From NCBI GenBank assembly GCA_963792585.1, contig CAWBWI010000006.1, positions 896,001 to 960,000 of the forward strand: a stretch of 64,000 bases of DNA, read 5' to 3'. Source of the DNA: Candidatus Eiseniibacteriota bacterium. Lineage in GTDB: Bacteria > Eisenbacteria > RBG-16-71-46 > CAIMUX01 > VGJL01. How positions within the stretch are numbered: the first letter of the stretch is position 1; each line of letters begins with the position of its first letter. Made by a program: the position numbers and the translations under genes. Of the stretch, positions 9,098 through 18,870 are shown in pieces. The notes below the pieces were generated by a model. The model had not been told where the DNA came from and did not search any database. It was given only the letters and a program-made list of their open reading frames with translations.

Positions 9098-12000
9098 TCA
9101 ATGGAGCACCAAGACCTTCCGGCTCACGGCATTCCCCGCCGTCTTGAGGCGGAGCAGGTAGACCCCCGAGGCGAGCGGTGCGCCCCTGCCGTCGCGCGCG
9201 TCCCACGCGATTGTGTGCGTCCCCGCCGTGAAGACACCTTCCTTCACGACCGAGACGATGCGTCCTCCCATATCGAGCAGCTCCAACCGGATCGCGCGCC
9301 CGCCGGCCGGGATCGAAAGGCGCAGGGCCGCGCGATCGCGCACCGGGTGGGGGCTCGGCATTTCCAATGCGAAGACCGCGCCCCCGATGCTCGCGCCGTC
9401 CCAGGATCCGAGGACGACCGACGTCGGCTCCGCGCCGCCCTCGTAGATCCGCAGGGTGTACGTTGCCATCTGCCCCTCGACCGGCGATGAGTCGATGTAC
9501 TCGCAGGCGCGACAGGCGGCCAGCCGCTCGGCCGTCAGCCTCTCCGTCCGCCCCCCGACCTCGCGATCGATGTCGAATCCCAGCACGGTCACATCCAGGG
9601 GAAGACTCCAGTAAAGCCGGACTCCGCCGGGGACCGCCTCGAGACCCGAGGCTTCGAGAAGAACCGGATATGGTTCGCACGCGAGCTCATAGCTCGGGAT
9701 GGTGTCCGGGCATGCCGGGGGAAGATCCTCGATGCGATACAGGCAGCTGTCGCAGGTGGTCGTCCGTGCGTCCCGGATGATATGGACCGACGGCCCATAC
9801 CAGTCTCGGATGTTGCACGCGAAGTGGGTGCTGTCCGCGAGGATCGCTGCGTATGGACCCGACGCGTCGATCCACGGACAGAACCCGCCGTCGCCGTCGT
9901 ACCGGAGCTCGATCTCCGGAACGCCCCAGACGAAGGCATTGCGCTCCATCCGGAAGTGTCCCGGACGCGGTTCGCGGAGGGGATTCGTCCGAAGGCAGGC
10001 TCGGAGACCCACGTTCACGAACACGTTTCCGATCAGGTCCATCGAACCGGCCAGGTGGACCATGTCGTCCATGTCGCACATGCTGCCGCCAACAAACGTG
10101 AAAGAATTTCCGACGACCTGGGCGGGACCATCGATGATCAAGCTGGGCTGGAAGGCCATGCAACATCCGTCGAAACGATTCTTCGTGACCTCGCCCCGCA
10201 CCGCGCCCGCGCCGTAGGAGTAGGGCTCCGCGTCATTGACCATGACGGCGTTCTTCCGGAACACCCCCTCGGCGACGACGCCCCCGGCCGTCGGCGCCCG
10301 ATTGTTCTCGATTCGGTTGCCCTCCACCCAGCACCGGCGGCAAAAGAGCCCCCCGGCGACCCCGCCGGTCTCCGGATCCGTCGACCAGATGTCCGCGTTC
10401 GGGGTCGAGTTCTCGACGCGGTTGTAGTGGATGTCGTTGTCGATGATTCTCGCGCCCGCCGTGGCGAAGATTCCCGCCCCCCGCGCCCCCGCGCCGCTCG
10501 CGGTGTTTGCCGCCACGGTGTTGTCGCGGATCATGGCCGGCGCCTCGCAGAGGATTCCCGCGCCCGGACCGCCGACCTGTCCGCCCGTAATCAGGAATCC
10601 ATCGATCTCGGTCAGGGGCCCTGCCTGCGGGAGCACATGGATGACCCGTTGATCGGGTTGCCCCGGCTTCAACCACGACGACGGCCAGGAGGCGACTCCG
10701 CGCAACCGCACCGGTCGATCGATGACGAGGCTCTCCTCGTAGGTTCCGGCGGCCACACGGATCTCGCTGCAGGGCGCCGCGGCGGCCAAGGCAGCTGCGA
10801 TGGTCGGCGCGTCCTCCGGCACGCGGATGACGGGAGGCGACCCCAGATAGAGCGCCGGCTGCACCGAACGCGTCTCCCCGTCCCACACAACCGCCACGAG
10901 ATCGTATGCGCCCTCGGGCGCCCCGCGCAGATCCGCCCGCACCCGCAGAGAATCCGTTCCCAAGACCTCGACAACTTCGATCGGTACGACGGGTGTGCCG
11001 TCTCCCGAATGCTCCAGCCTGAGCTGGAGGCCCTCCCACAGGTCGCGGCCCGTGATCGTTCCCTCGTATAGGGTCGGGGCAGGCACCCAACCGTCGAAGA
11101 ACCCCCATATCTCCACGGGACCCACCTCGATGTCGGCAGCGGGTATCTCCCCTGCGGTCGCTGTCCGCAGAACGAGCGCCCAGATTCCGCGCGCTTGCCC
11201 CACCAGGTCGAATCCCAGCGTCACCCACGGACCCTCGATCGTCAGGATCTTGCTCGGGATTCGTTCGCCGTGCGGACCGTCGAGCCGCGCATCGAGGACT
11301 TCCTCCAGACCGTAGCCATACACGCGAACCCGCTCGTCGATCGCGGGCTGCAGGGTGTGGGGAGTCACCCCAACGGTCATCGGGCCCGTGCAACCAACCG
11401 GCAGGCTTCCGATCCGGCCGCAGTTGTTCCAGTCGCTCCAGAGCGGCGAGGATTCGTGGACCGACGTTTCGTCGTTCGGGCAGATTCGCGGATCGACCTG
11501 TACCTCAACGTCCATGCCCCGCGTCGCCGGCGGATCCTCGATCTGCGGAGATTGAAGGTCATGGTAGATGTTGCAGCCGAAGACCGACCGGTCGGGCGCC
11601 TCGACAAAGGTTCCGAACGAGGGACCCTTGTCGAAGAAGAGACAGTTCTGAACCTCGACCAGCTCGTTGCTCACGATTGCGGCCGTCGCGCGCGCCCGAT
11701 TCGATAGGAAGGAGCAATTCCGGAACTGGAAGCGGATCGCCGCCATCTCGCCGGAAAACGTGGCCGCGGCGGGGCGCGATCCTCCCCAGTCACCGTCGAT
11801 GGCGACCGCTCCGCCCCATCCCGCGTTCGGGTTGTCCGCCGCGTTACGGATGAAGAGACAGTCGACGAAACTCCCGGCCGCCTCGCCGCTGTATCCGACC
11901 GCCCCGCCGCGGGCGTGGTCGTAGTCGACGCTCGTGACGTGGTTGTCCCTGAAGACGCAGCGCACGGCATCGAACGTGCCGTTGGTGCAGAGGACGGCCC

Positions 12001-12355
12001 CCCCGATCGCCTCGGCGCGTCCACGTTCGAATGTCAGTCCCTCGACGAGTAGGGTGCTGTTCTCCAGCTCCAGCATCCGCCGGGCGTCACCGCCGCTCAC
12101 AAACGTAGAGTCGGCGCCTTCGCTGCCGCGGATGGTCAGCGGAACGAACGGCCGAAGTTCCTCCGAGTAGGTCCCCGGATGGACTTCGATCGTGTCCTCG
12201 GCCGCCGCGGCGGAGATCGCTGACCGGATCGTGAAGAAGGGACCGGCCTCTTGGTCGACGACGAGCGTTGCCGCAATGACGGGAGAGGCGGCGAGTCCGA
12301 GCATGAGGAGGCATGAGATGACGGTGGCGATCAGAACGAGGGTCGGGTCGTTCAT
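9098..12355 (-). CDS. Large secreted protein with two pectin-lyase-like parallel beta-helix regions and a C-terminal FlgD/T9SS-like domain
   Basis: Signal peptide from ATG 12355. Two TI.AA..AA...I.V..GTY.E starts with GGAV/GAGI repeats. C-terminal DMGGRIV...WDARDGRG...SGVYLLRL. Confidence 0.75.
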   Translation of the reverse strand: MNDPTLVLIATVISCLLMLGLAASPVIAATLVVDQEAGPFFTIRSAISAAAAEDTIEVHPGTYSEELRPFVPLTIRGSEGADSTFVSGGDARRMLELENSTLLVEGLTFERGRAEAIGGAVLCTNGTFDAVRCVFRDNHVTSVDYDHARGGAVGYSGEAAGSFVDCLFIRNAADNPNAGWGGAVAIDGDWGGSRPAAATFSGEMAAIRFQFRNCSFLSNRARATAAIVSNELVEVQNCLFFDKGPSFGTFVEAPDRSVFGCNIYHDLQSPQIEDPPATRGMDVEVQVDPRICPNDETSVHESSPLWSDWNNCGRIGSLPVGCTGPMTVGVTPHTLQPAIDERVRVYGYGLEEVLDARLDGPHGERIPSKILTIEGPWVTLGFDLVGQARGIWALVLRTATAGEIPAADIEVGPVEIWGFFDGWVPAPTLYEGTITGRDLWEGLQLRLEHSGDGTPVVPIEVVEVLGTDSLRVRADLRGAPEGAYDLVAVVWDGETRSVQPALYLGSPPVIRVPEDAPTIAAALAAAAPCSEIRVAAGTYEESLVIDRPVRLRGVASWPSSWLKPGQPDQRVIHVLPQAGPLTEIDGFLITGGQVGGPGAGILCEAPAMIRDNTVAANTASGAGARGAGIFATAGARIIDNDIHYNRVENSTPNADIWSTDPETGGVAGGLFCRRCWVEGNRIENNRAPTAGGVVAEGVFRKNAVMVNDAEPYSYGAGAVRGEVTKNRFDGCCMAFQPSLIIDGPAQVVGNSFTFVGGSMCDMDDMVHLAGSMDLIGNVFVNVGLRACLRTNPLREPRPGHFRMERNAFVWGVPEIELRYDGDGGFCPWIDASGPYAAILADSTHFACNIRDWYGPSVHIIRDARTTTCDSCLYRIEDLPPACPDTIPSYELACEPYPVLLEASGLEAVPGGVRLYWSLPLDVTVLGFDIDREVGGRTERLTAERLAACRACEYIDSSPVEGQMATYTLRIYEGGAEPTSVVLGSWDGASIGGAVFALEMPSPHPVRDRAALRLSIPAGGRAIRLELLDMGGRIVSVVKEGVFTAGTHTIAWDARDGRGAPLASGVYLLRLKTAGNAVSRKVLVLH

Positions 12356-12661
12356 GGGTATAGGGCCGCTCCCCCGTCGACCAGGGTGACGGGGAGAGAT
12401 TCGCTCGCCAGTCGCGGCCGCCACGTGTGTGCTGGAAACGTTGTAGGCGAGACGCGAGGCGGCCCTGCGTCCGTTCGCCATGGACCCTCCGATTCGGGCA
12501 ACGCAATTGTAGGACGACAGGGGGGCCCGGTGCAATGGAGCATCTACGAGGCGTCGCCCCCAGGACCACGGACCTCAGGGCCGGCTCATGGGTTCTGTAT
12601 CCTGATCCCCGCTCCCGGATGGGAGCGAACGCCCCCGGATCCGATCCCGAGATTAGGAACG

Positions 12662-13108
12662 ATGCTTCCCTTCAGGCAGGTCGCTCGGGTGATTGTCATC
12701 GATTCCACGGGCTTCATCTTGCTCCGTAGGTACTCCGAAACCAGGGGGTGCCAAGGGATTTCCTTCTGGGTCCCGCCGGGAGGCGCTCTCGAGCCGGGGG
12801 AAAACCATCCCACGGTCGCCCTCCGCGAACTTCGGGAAGGGACCAGCCTGGAGGCGCATCTGGAGCGTCCGCTATGGGAGCGGCGCTTCACGCTGCAGAT
12901 GCAGTGCGGGCCTGTGGACCAAGTCGAGCGCTACTTTCCGGCGCGGTTGCCGCTGGAGAAACCGCCGGTTCTCAACTCGTCCGAGGAGGCGTGCCACCGG
13001 CTATTTACAGTGCCTCGGATCCGCGGTTACTCTCCGTACCAGGCGCCGCGACTTGCGCCGCGTACTTCGCAAATGAACCAGGGGAAGGCGTTCGCCCATG
13101 CAGAATGA
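12662..13108 (+). pseudogene. Degenerate NUDIX hydrolase
   Basis: The Nudix box GGALEPGENHPTVALRELREGTSL has lost conserved E and G residues (consensus REUXEEXGU). The C-terminal part no longer resembles the family. Confidence 0.5.
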
Positions 13109-13475
13109 GCCCGACACACACAACACCCCCGGCGCATGGCCGGCGCATCTCGACGCCACATCGGCGGCCCCTGAGAACCATGTGGTCCTCCTGGAGAACG
13201 AGCATGTTCGGGTACTCGACACGCGCATAGGCCCGGGCGAACGCACGCCTGTGCACACACATCCTTGGCCGAGCGTTCTCTACATCTTGTCCTGGAGCGA
13301 CTTCGTTCGCTACGACTCCGATGGAAACGTACTGCTCGACTCGCGGACCTTCCCGACAAGACCCGTGCCGAGGACAACCCTGTGGTCGGCCCCATTGGGA
13401 CCGCATTCCGCGAAGAACGTCGGTAGCCAGGTCCTGCACGTGATCGCAGTCGAAGTGAAGGGCTCGCATACCTAA
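13098..13475 (+). CDS. Cupin domain protein
   Basis: VLLENEHVRV, HTHPWPSVLY and HSAKNVG motifs. Confidence 0.8.
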   Translation: MQNEPDTHNTPGAWPAHLDATSAAPENHVVLLENEHVRVLDTRIGPGERTPVHTHPWPSVLYILSWSDFVRYDSDGNVLLDSRTFPTRPVPRTTLWSAPLGPHSAKNVGSQVLHVIAVEVKGSHT

Positions 13476-13514
13476 TCGCGAGGTCTTCCTCTTGAACCAG
13501 CCCCGGAGAGAGAC

Positions 13515-13961
13515 ATGACCCACATCGTCGTCGTGGAACGAGAAATGACGGAAACGGAGTTCGCTCGCGAAACCGCCGGATTCGAGGAGCACGCAGCCGA
13601 ACACGGGAATCCCCCGGATCGCTCGGAACGGTTCGGTTTCGTAGCGCTGGATGGGGAGACGTTCGTCGGTTGTTCCAGTGGCCTTGCGTATAGGACGGCT
13701 ACCGGGTATGGAGACTGGTTCTACCTGACCGATCTATACGTTGAAGAGGCGTTCCGCGGACGGGATATCGGCGCCGAGCTACTTCGACGATTGGAGCGGA
13801 GAGCGTTCTCCCTCGGCATAGGCAATATCTGGACCTGGACCGCCGGTTATGAAGCGCCCGGCTTCTACAAGAAGCAGGGATACGAGGTCTTCGTCGAGAT
13901 GGACAACTGGTATACGAGCGGGCATAGCCGGGTCGGCCTAAGAAAGGCGCTCCTCCGATGA
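13515..13961 (+). CDS. GNAT family N-acetyltransferase
   Basis: LYVEEAFRGRDIG and APGFYKKQGY motifs. Confidence 0.85.
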   Translation: MTHIVVVEREMTETEFARETAGFEEHAAEHGNPPDRSERFGFVALDGETFVGCSSGLAYRTATGYGDWFYLTDLYVEEAFRGRDIGAELLRRLERRAFSLGIGNIWTWTAGYEAPGFYKKQGYEVFVEMDNWYTSGHSRVGLRKALLR

Positions 13962-14112
13962 CCCTAGGGCTGGGCGAGGGTTGGGGTGCCATGTCCGGAT
14001 CCGAAGATATCGCCGAGGAGTCTTGGAGCCTGCCCCACAAGCCGGCTGAAGAAGCGCGGCCAAGACCGTTCGGTCCACGGTCAGGTGGTCAGCCCGTCAA
14101 CTTGGAGGGAAC

Positions 14113-14898
14113 GTGTCCGAAACCCCGATCCGATTCGATTCCGCCGCCGTACGGGAGTCCTGGGACTTCGCCGCCGACGCCTACGCGGGAGGCCAGGCCG
14201 CGGGAACCGACTCCTACCGCTATGAATTCTTCGGCCCCGCCCAGGTGGAGTTGTGTGGCGAGGTCGACGGGAAGCGGCTCCTCGACGTCGGTTGCGGGAA
14301 CGGCTACTTCTCGCGTGAGATGGCGCGGTGCGGGGCCAGGGTGACCGGCATCGACATCTCGCCGCGGATGATCGAGCACGCCCGACGGATCGAGACGGCC
14401 GCGCCGCTCGGGATCGACTACCAGGTCTTGGACGCAGCAGAAATCTCGACTCGCTTCCCGGCCGGCTCATTCGACATGGCGACCTCGTGCGTCGCCCTGC
14501 AGGACATGCCGGAGATTCCGACCGTGCTTCGAGGAATTCGTGAGAGCCTGCGACCAGGCGGCCGGTTCATCGTGTCGATCACCCACCCTTGCACCGACAC
14601 GCCCTACCGAGCCTGGGAGCGCGACGACGCGGGCCGGAAACAGTGGCTGCGGATCGACCGCTACTACGAACGTGGGCCGCTCGATTTCACCTGGCGGGGC
14701 TGGCCGTACGAGTTCACGACGCCGTCGTGGCACGCCCCCCTGGAGGACTGGTTCGAGTGGATCCTCGCTGCGGGCTTCCAGCTACGGGGCCTCTACGAGC
14801 CGATCCCCAGCGCGGAGGCGCTCGCGGCCCGCCCCGACCTCCAGGACGCCACTCGCGTGCCCTACTTCCTCTTCTTCGACCTGATCCGGCCTCTTTGA
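14113..14898 (+). CDS. Class I SAM-dependent methyltransferase
   Basis: LLDVGCGNG, GIDIS and LRPGG motifs; GGAGG SD before the GTG start. Confidence 0.85.
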   Translation: MSETPIRFDSAAVRESWDFAADAYAGGQAAGTDSYRYEFFGPAQVELCGEVDGKRLLDVGCGNGYFSREMARCGARVTGIDISPRMIEHARRIETAAPLGIDYQVLDAAEISTRFPAGSFDMATSCVALQDMPEIPTVLRGIRESLRPGGRFIVSITHPCTDTPYRAWERDDAGRKQWLRIDRYYERGPLDFTWRGWPYEFTTPSWHAPLEDWFEWILAAGFQLRGLYEPIPSAEALAARPDLQDATRVPYFLFFDLIRPL

Positions 14899-15068
14899 GG
14901 TCGCAATTTCAGCGATTGTCCGCTGTAGACTTGTGGGTTTCCGAATGGCCGCCTTGCGCGCGTGATGCCAAACGGCTTCCGGTGCGGAACACCAGGCCCG
15001 AGCGTCCCCGGACTTCGTGGCCGCAACCGCCCGGCGCGCCGTCGCACTTCTAAGATGGGAGAACGGCC

Positions 15069-16304
15069 ATGAAGACCACTTTGCGGATGATCGGCATTCC
15101 TATCGGGATCCTCTTGGCGTCGATGCTGGCCGGAGCGGCATGCGCCCACGCAGATCCCGTGATCGACGCGAACTCGAGAGCCTGTGAGATCATCTCCAAG
15201 GTTCCGTTGACTCCGATCGCGGTGCGGGCGATGGCCATCGTCCAGGTTTCGGTCTTCGAGGCGGTCAACGCGATCACCGGAAGATATCCGCCGTACCCCG
15301 TCAAAATCGATGCCGCGCCCGGCGCTTCCGTGGAGGCAGCCGTTGCGGCGGCAACCCATGAGGTTCTGCTGAAACTGGTGCCGGCTCAGGAGGCGGCGAT
15401 CGAGGCGGACTACCAGTCCGCCATCGCAAGGCTGCCCGCCGGTCCCGCGACGACAGACGGAATCGCCGACGGCAACAGGGCCGCCGCGGCCGTCCTCGCG
15501 CTCCGGGCCGACGACGGCATGGTCGTTCCCGATGAGTACCGACCGCATGCGTCGGCGGGCGTCTACGTGCCGACGACCCTTCCGGCCGTGCCGCACTGGG
15601 GCAAGCGCAAGCCTTGGGTGATGATCGGCAGCGACCAGTTCCGGCCGGGCCCCCCGCCCAACCTGACCAGCGAGACATGGACCCGCGACTACAACGAGAT
15701 CAAGGCGATTGGCGCGAAGACCAGCGCCCGGCGCACTCCCGAACAGACCGCGATCGCCCGATTCTGGGAAACGACGTCCCCCTCGGTCTACTGGCCCATC
15801 GTGCGCTGCGTCGCGGCCGCGCCGGGCCGCTCAGTGACCGAGAACGCGCGGCTGTTCGCGGTGAGCGGGATGGCGATGGATGACGCGTTGATCGCAGTTT
15901 TCGACGCCAAGTATGCCTACGGCTTCTGGCGCCCGATCACCGCCATCCGCAACGGCGATCGCGATGGCAACGAAGCTACAGAGCGCGATCCGGGCTGGAC
16001 GCCGTTCATCGACACACCCATGCACCCCGAGTATCCATGTGCCCACTGCATTGTATCGGCCGCCACCGGCGCCGTGCTCGAAGCGGAGATCGGCGGGAAT
16101 CCGGCGCCGGCGCTGAGCACAACGAGCCCTGCCGCGGCGGGAGCGGCGCGCACATGGACCAGCGTCGACGATTTCGTTCGGGAAGTCGCGGAGGGGCGCA
16201 TCTACGACGGGGTGCACTTCCGCAACTCGACCGAGATCGGTGCGGCAATGGGAGAGAAGATCGGAGCACTCGCGGTGAAGAGCTTCCCCAGGCCGATTCG
16301 ATGA
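15069..16304 (+). CDS. Secreted vanadium-dependent haloperoxidase / PAP2-superfamily protein
   Basis: Signal peptide; active-site segments KYAYGFWRP, HPEYPCAH and RIYDGVHF. Confidence 0.85.
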   Translation: MKTTLRMIGIPIGILLASMLAGAACAHADPVIDANSRACEIISKVPLTPIAVRAMAIVQVSVFEAVNAITGRYPPYPVKIDAAPGASVEAAVAAATHEVLLKLVPAQEAAIEADYQSAIARLPAGPATTDGIADGNRAAAAVLALRADDGMVVPDEYRPHASAGVYVPTTLPAVPHWGKRKPWVMIGSDQFRPGPPPNLTSETWTRDYNEIKAIGAKTSARRTPEQTAIARFWETTSPSVYWPIVRCVAAAPGRSVTENARLFAVSGMAMDDALIAVFDAKYAYGFWRPITAIRNGDRDGNEATERDPGWTPFIDTPMHPEYPCAHCIVSAATGAVLEAEIGGNPAPALSTTSPAAAGAARTWTSVDDFVREVAEGRIYDGVHFRNSTEIGAAMGEKIGALAVKSFPRPIR

Positions 16305-17140
16305 CGGAATTCAGTCCGCAGAACTCGCACGTAGATGGACGCCCAAAGGACGCGTGGGCCCTTGGCGCGGCGTACGAACCGTACATCGGTCGATGGAGTC
16401 GACGGGTCGCGCGGGATTTCGTGCAATGGCTGGGCGTGCCCCCAGGCAGACGCTGGATCGATGTCGGTTGCGGGACCGGAGCGCTCACAGAGACGGTCCT
16501 GGCTGTGGCGTCACCGGCTTTCGTGGAGGGCGTCGATCCATCGACATTCTATGCGGAGTACGCGCGGGCTCACATCGACGCCAGCCATGTTCGATTCCTG
16601 GTTGGCGACGCGCAGCGGCTGCCGCAGGCGACCGACAGCGTGGATGCGGCCGTCGCGGGACTCGTCCTCAACTTCGTCCCGGACCCGGCATCGGCCGTCG
16701 GGGAGATGGCACGCGTCGTGCGCCCCGGCGGGACAGTAGCGGCATATGTTTGGGACTATGCGGACCGCATGGAACTCATCCGGCGCTTCTGGGACGCGGC
16801 GATCGCGCTCGATCCGGAAGCCGTGGTGGAGGACGAGGGCAGGCGGTTCCCCATCTGTAGCCCGGACATCATCGGGGCGGTCTTTCGCGAAGCCGGTCTC
16901 AGTGGAGTGGAAGTGCGCGCGATCGACGTGCCCACGGTCTTCAAGAACTTCGACGACTATTGGGCTCCGTTTCTCGGTGGACAGGGTCCGGCCCCGAGCT
17001 ACGCCATGAGACTGCGCGAGGACCAACGATCGCGGCTGCGGGAGACCCTTCGCAGCGCTCTTCCCATCGGCAGCGACGGCTCGATCGCGCTCACGGCGCG
17101 CGCGTGGGCCGTCCGCGGCGCAACCCAAACGGGAGGATAG
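16301..17140 (+). CDS. Class I SAM-dependent methyltransferase
   Basis: WIDVGCGTG, VLNFVPDP and RPGG motifs; ATGA overlap with the upstream gene. Confidence 0.85.
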   Translation: MTEFSPQNSHVDGRPKDAWALGAAYEPYIGRWSRRVARDFVQWLGVPPGRRWIDVGCGTGALTETVLAVASPAFVEGVDPSTFYAEYARAHIDASHVRFLVGDAQRLPQATDSVDAAVAGLVLNFVPDPASAVGEMARVVRPGGTVAAYVWDYADRMELIRRFWDAAIALDPEAVVEDEGRRFPICSPDIIGAVFREAGLSGVEVRAIDVPTVFKNFDDYWAPFLGGQGPAPSYAMRLREDQRSRLRETLRSALPIGSDGSIALTARAWAVRGATQTGG

Positions 17141-17144
17141 TTCA

Positions 17145-17702
17145 ATAAGGGCTCCTTCGAAAACGCCTGCTGCCTATTCCCCGGCGAAGCAACTGGCGTC
17201 TTTCGTCGCCGCGTACGACCCCGCGATCGCGAAGCTCGCGCGCGCAACCCGCGCCGCGCTTCGAAAGCGTCTCCCCACCGCCATTGAGTTGGTCTACGAC
17301 AACTACCAGTTCCTGGCGATCGGTTTCGGCGCGACGGAGCGGGCATCCGACTGCGTCGTGTCGCTGGCCGTGTCGCCGAAAGGGGTTGCGCTCTCCTTCT
17401 ATTACGGAGCGACCCTGCCGGACCCCGACACGGTCCTTCTCGGCGAGGGCAAACAGAATCGCTTCGTGCGTCTCGAATCCGCAGCGACCCTGGCCGACGC
17501 CGGTAGCACCATCGGCCCGGAGAGAACGGCGGGGAGCTCCTCCCACCCCCACCCGTGCCCGCTCGCGTCCCCGCGGACATGCTCTGCTGCCGGCGCGACC
17601 ATGCGGTATTGTCTCCCCAATGACCGGAAAGGCAGTCCGGAGCGCGACTGCGAGCATCCACCGGCAAATGTCCGCCGCGAAACGAATGGAGACGACGGAT
17701 GA
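17145..17702 (+). pseudogene. DUF1801-like protein lacking a canonical start; C-terminus appears replaced
   Basis: The frame reads PAKQLASFVAAYDP...ELVYDNYQFLAIGF...LPDP..LLGEGKQNRFVRL from an ATA at 17145, 8 nt after GGAGG. It becomes non-protein-like after about 17500. Confidence 0.55.
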
Positions 17703-18304
17703 TCCACCCACTCCCCATCACCCTCGAGGGCCACGGCGTGCGGCTCGAGCCCCTGGCACCGGACCACGCCGCCGGCCTGGCTGCGGCCGCAGCCGACGGC
17801 GAGCTGTGGCAGCTCTGGTTCACGTCGGTGCCGACACCGGAGGAGACGGACGCCTACATCTCCGCGGCGCTCGACGGCCAGCGGAAGGGACACATGCTCC
17901 CCTGGGTGGTTCGCGCCCTCCCCATCGGCGAGATCGTCGGCACGACCCGCTACCACGACATCGTTCCCGAGATCGACCGGGTCGAGATCGGCTACACCTG
18001 GTACGCGAGGCGGTGGCAGCGCACCCGCATCAATACGGTCTGCAAGCTGCTCCTCCTCGCCCACGCATTCGACTCGCTCGGATGCCGGGTGGTCGGCCTG
18101 CGCACAGACAACTTCAACTTCGCCTCGCAGCGGGCGATCGAAGGATTGGGCGCGAAGAAGGACGGCGTCCTTCGCCACCACACCGCGCGGCGCGACGGGA
18201 CCGTCCGCGACAGCGTCCTCTACAGCATTCTCGCGGGCGAGTGGCCGGACGTGCGCCGGCATCTCGAACTCCGCTTGGCACGCCATCGCGAGACCCCGTC
18301 CTGA
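17699..18304 (+). CDS. RimJ/RimL-type GNAT N-acetyltransferase
   Basis: VRLEPL, VEIGYTW, SQRAIEGLGAKKDGVLR and RDSVLYSI motifs. Confidence 0.88.
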   Translation: MIHPLPITLEGHGVRLEPLAPDHAAGLAAAAADGELWQLWFTSVPTPEETDAYISAALDGQRKGHMLPWVVRALPIGEIVGTTRYHDIVPEIDRVEIGYTWYARRWQRTRINTVCKLLLLAHAFDSLGCRVVGLRTDNFNFASQRAIEGLGAKKDGVLRHHTARRDGTVRDSVLYSILAGEWPDVRRHLELRLARHRETPS

Positions 18305-18375
18305 GACGGCGCGGCGAACAACGATCGTGAGCGGAGCCGGGGTTCGCCCCTGGTGCCGCCGCAAGGAGACGCTCG

Positions 18376-18870
18376 ATGGCGAAGATCCTCGCGGAGCGCA
18401 TGACGGCCGAAGCCGACGGCGAGTTCGTCGTCTTCCTGATCGGCATGCGGATCAATCGCGCGTGGAAGATCCACAAGTGGCTTCCCGTCGCGCTCGCGAT
18501 GCCCAAGATGATGCGGGAGCTGGCGGCGGAGCCCGCCCTCGGCTTTCTTGGCTGTGAAACCTGGTTCGGGAAATCCACGATCTTCGTGCAGTACTGGCGC
18601 TCCTTCGAGCACCTGGAGAGCTATGCGAAGAACCCGGACAGGCACCACCGGCCCGCCTGGGCCGCGTTCAATCGCGCGGTCGGCTCGAATGGGGACGTCG
18701 GGATCTGGCACGAGGCGTTCCGTGTGCGCCCCGGCGACCACGAGTGCCTCTACAACAACATGCCCCCCTTCGGGCTGGGCAAGGCGACAAAGCTCGTCCC
18801 GGCGACGGGCAGGCGTGAAACCGCCGCCGGACGGATGGCGATGCACGGCGGGGAGACGTCCTCAGTTTGA
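18376..18870 (+). CDS. DUF4188 family (monooxygenase-like) protein
   Basis: FVVFLIGMRIN, VQYWRSFEHL, VGIWHE and YNNMPPFGL motifs. Confidence 0.8.
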   Translation: MAKILAERMTAEADGEFVVFLIGMRINRAWKIHKWLPVALAMPKMMRELAAEPALGFLGCETWFGKSTIFVQYWRSFEHLESYAKNPDRHHRPAWAAFNRAVGSNGDVGIWHEAFRVRPGDHECLYNNMPPFGLGKATKLVPATGRRETAAGRMAMHGGETSSV

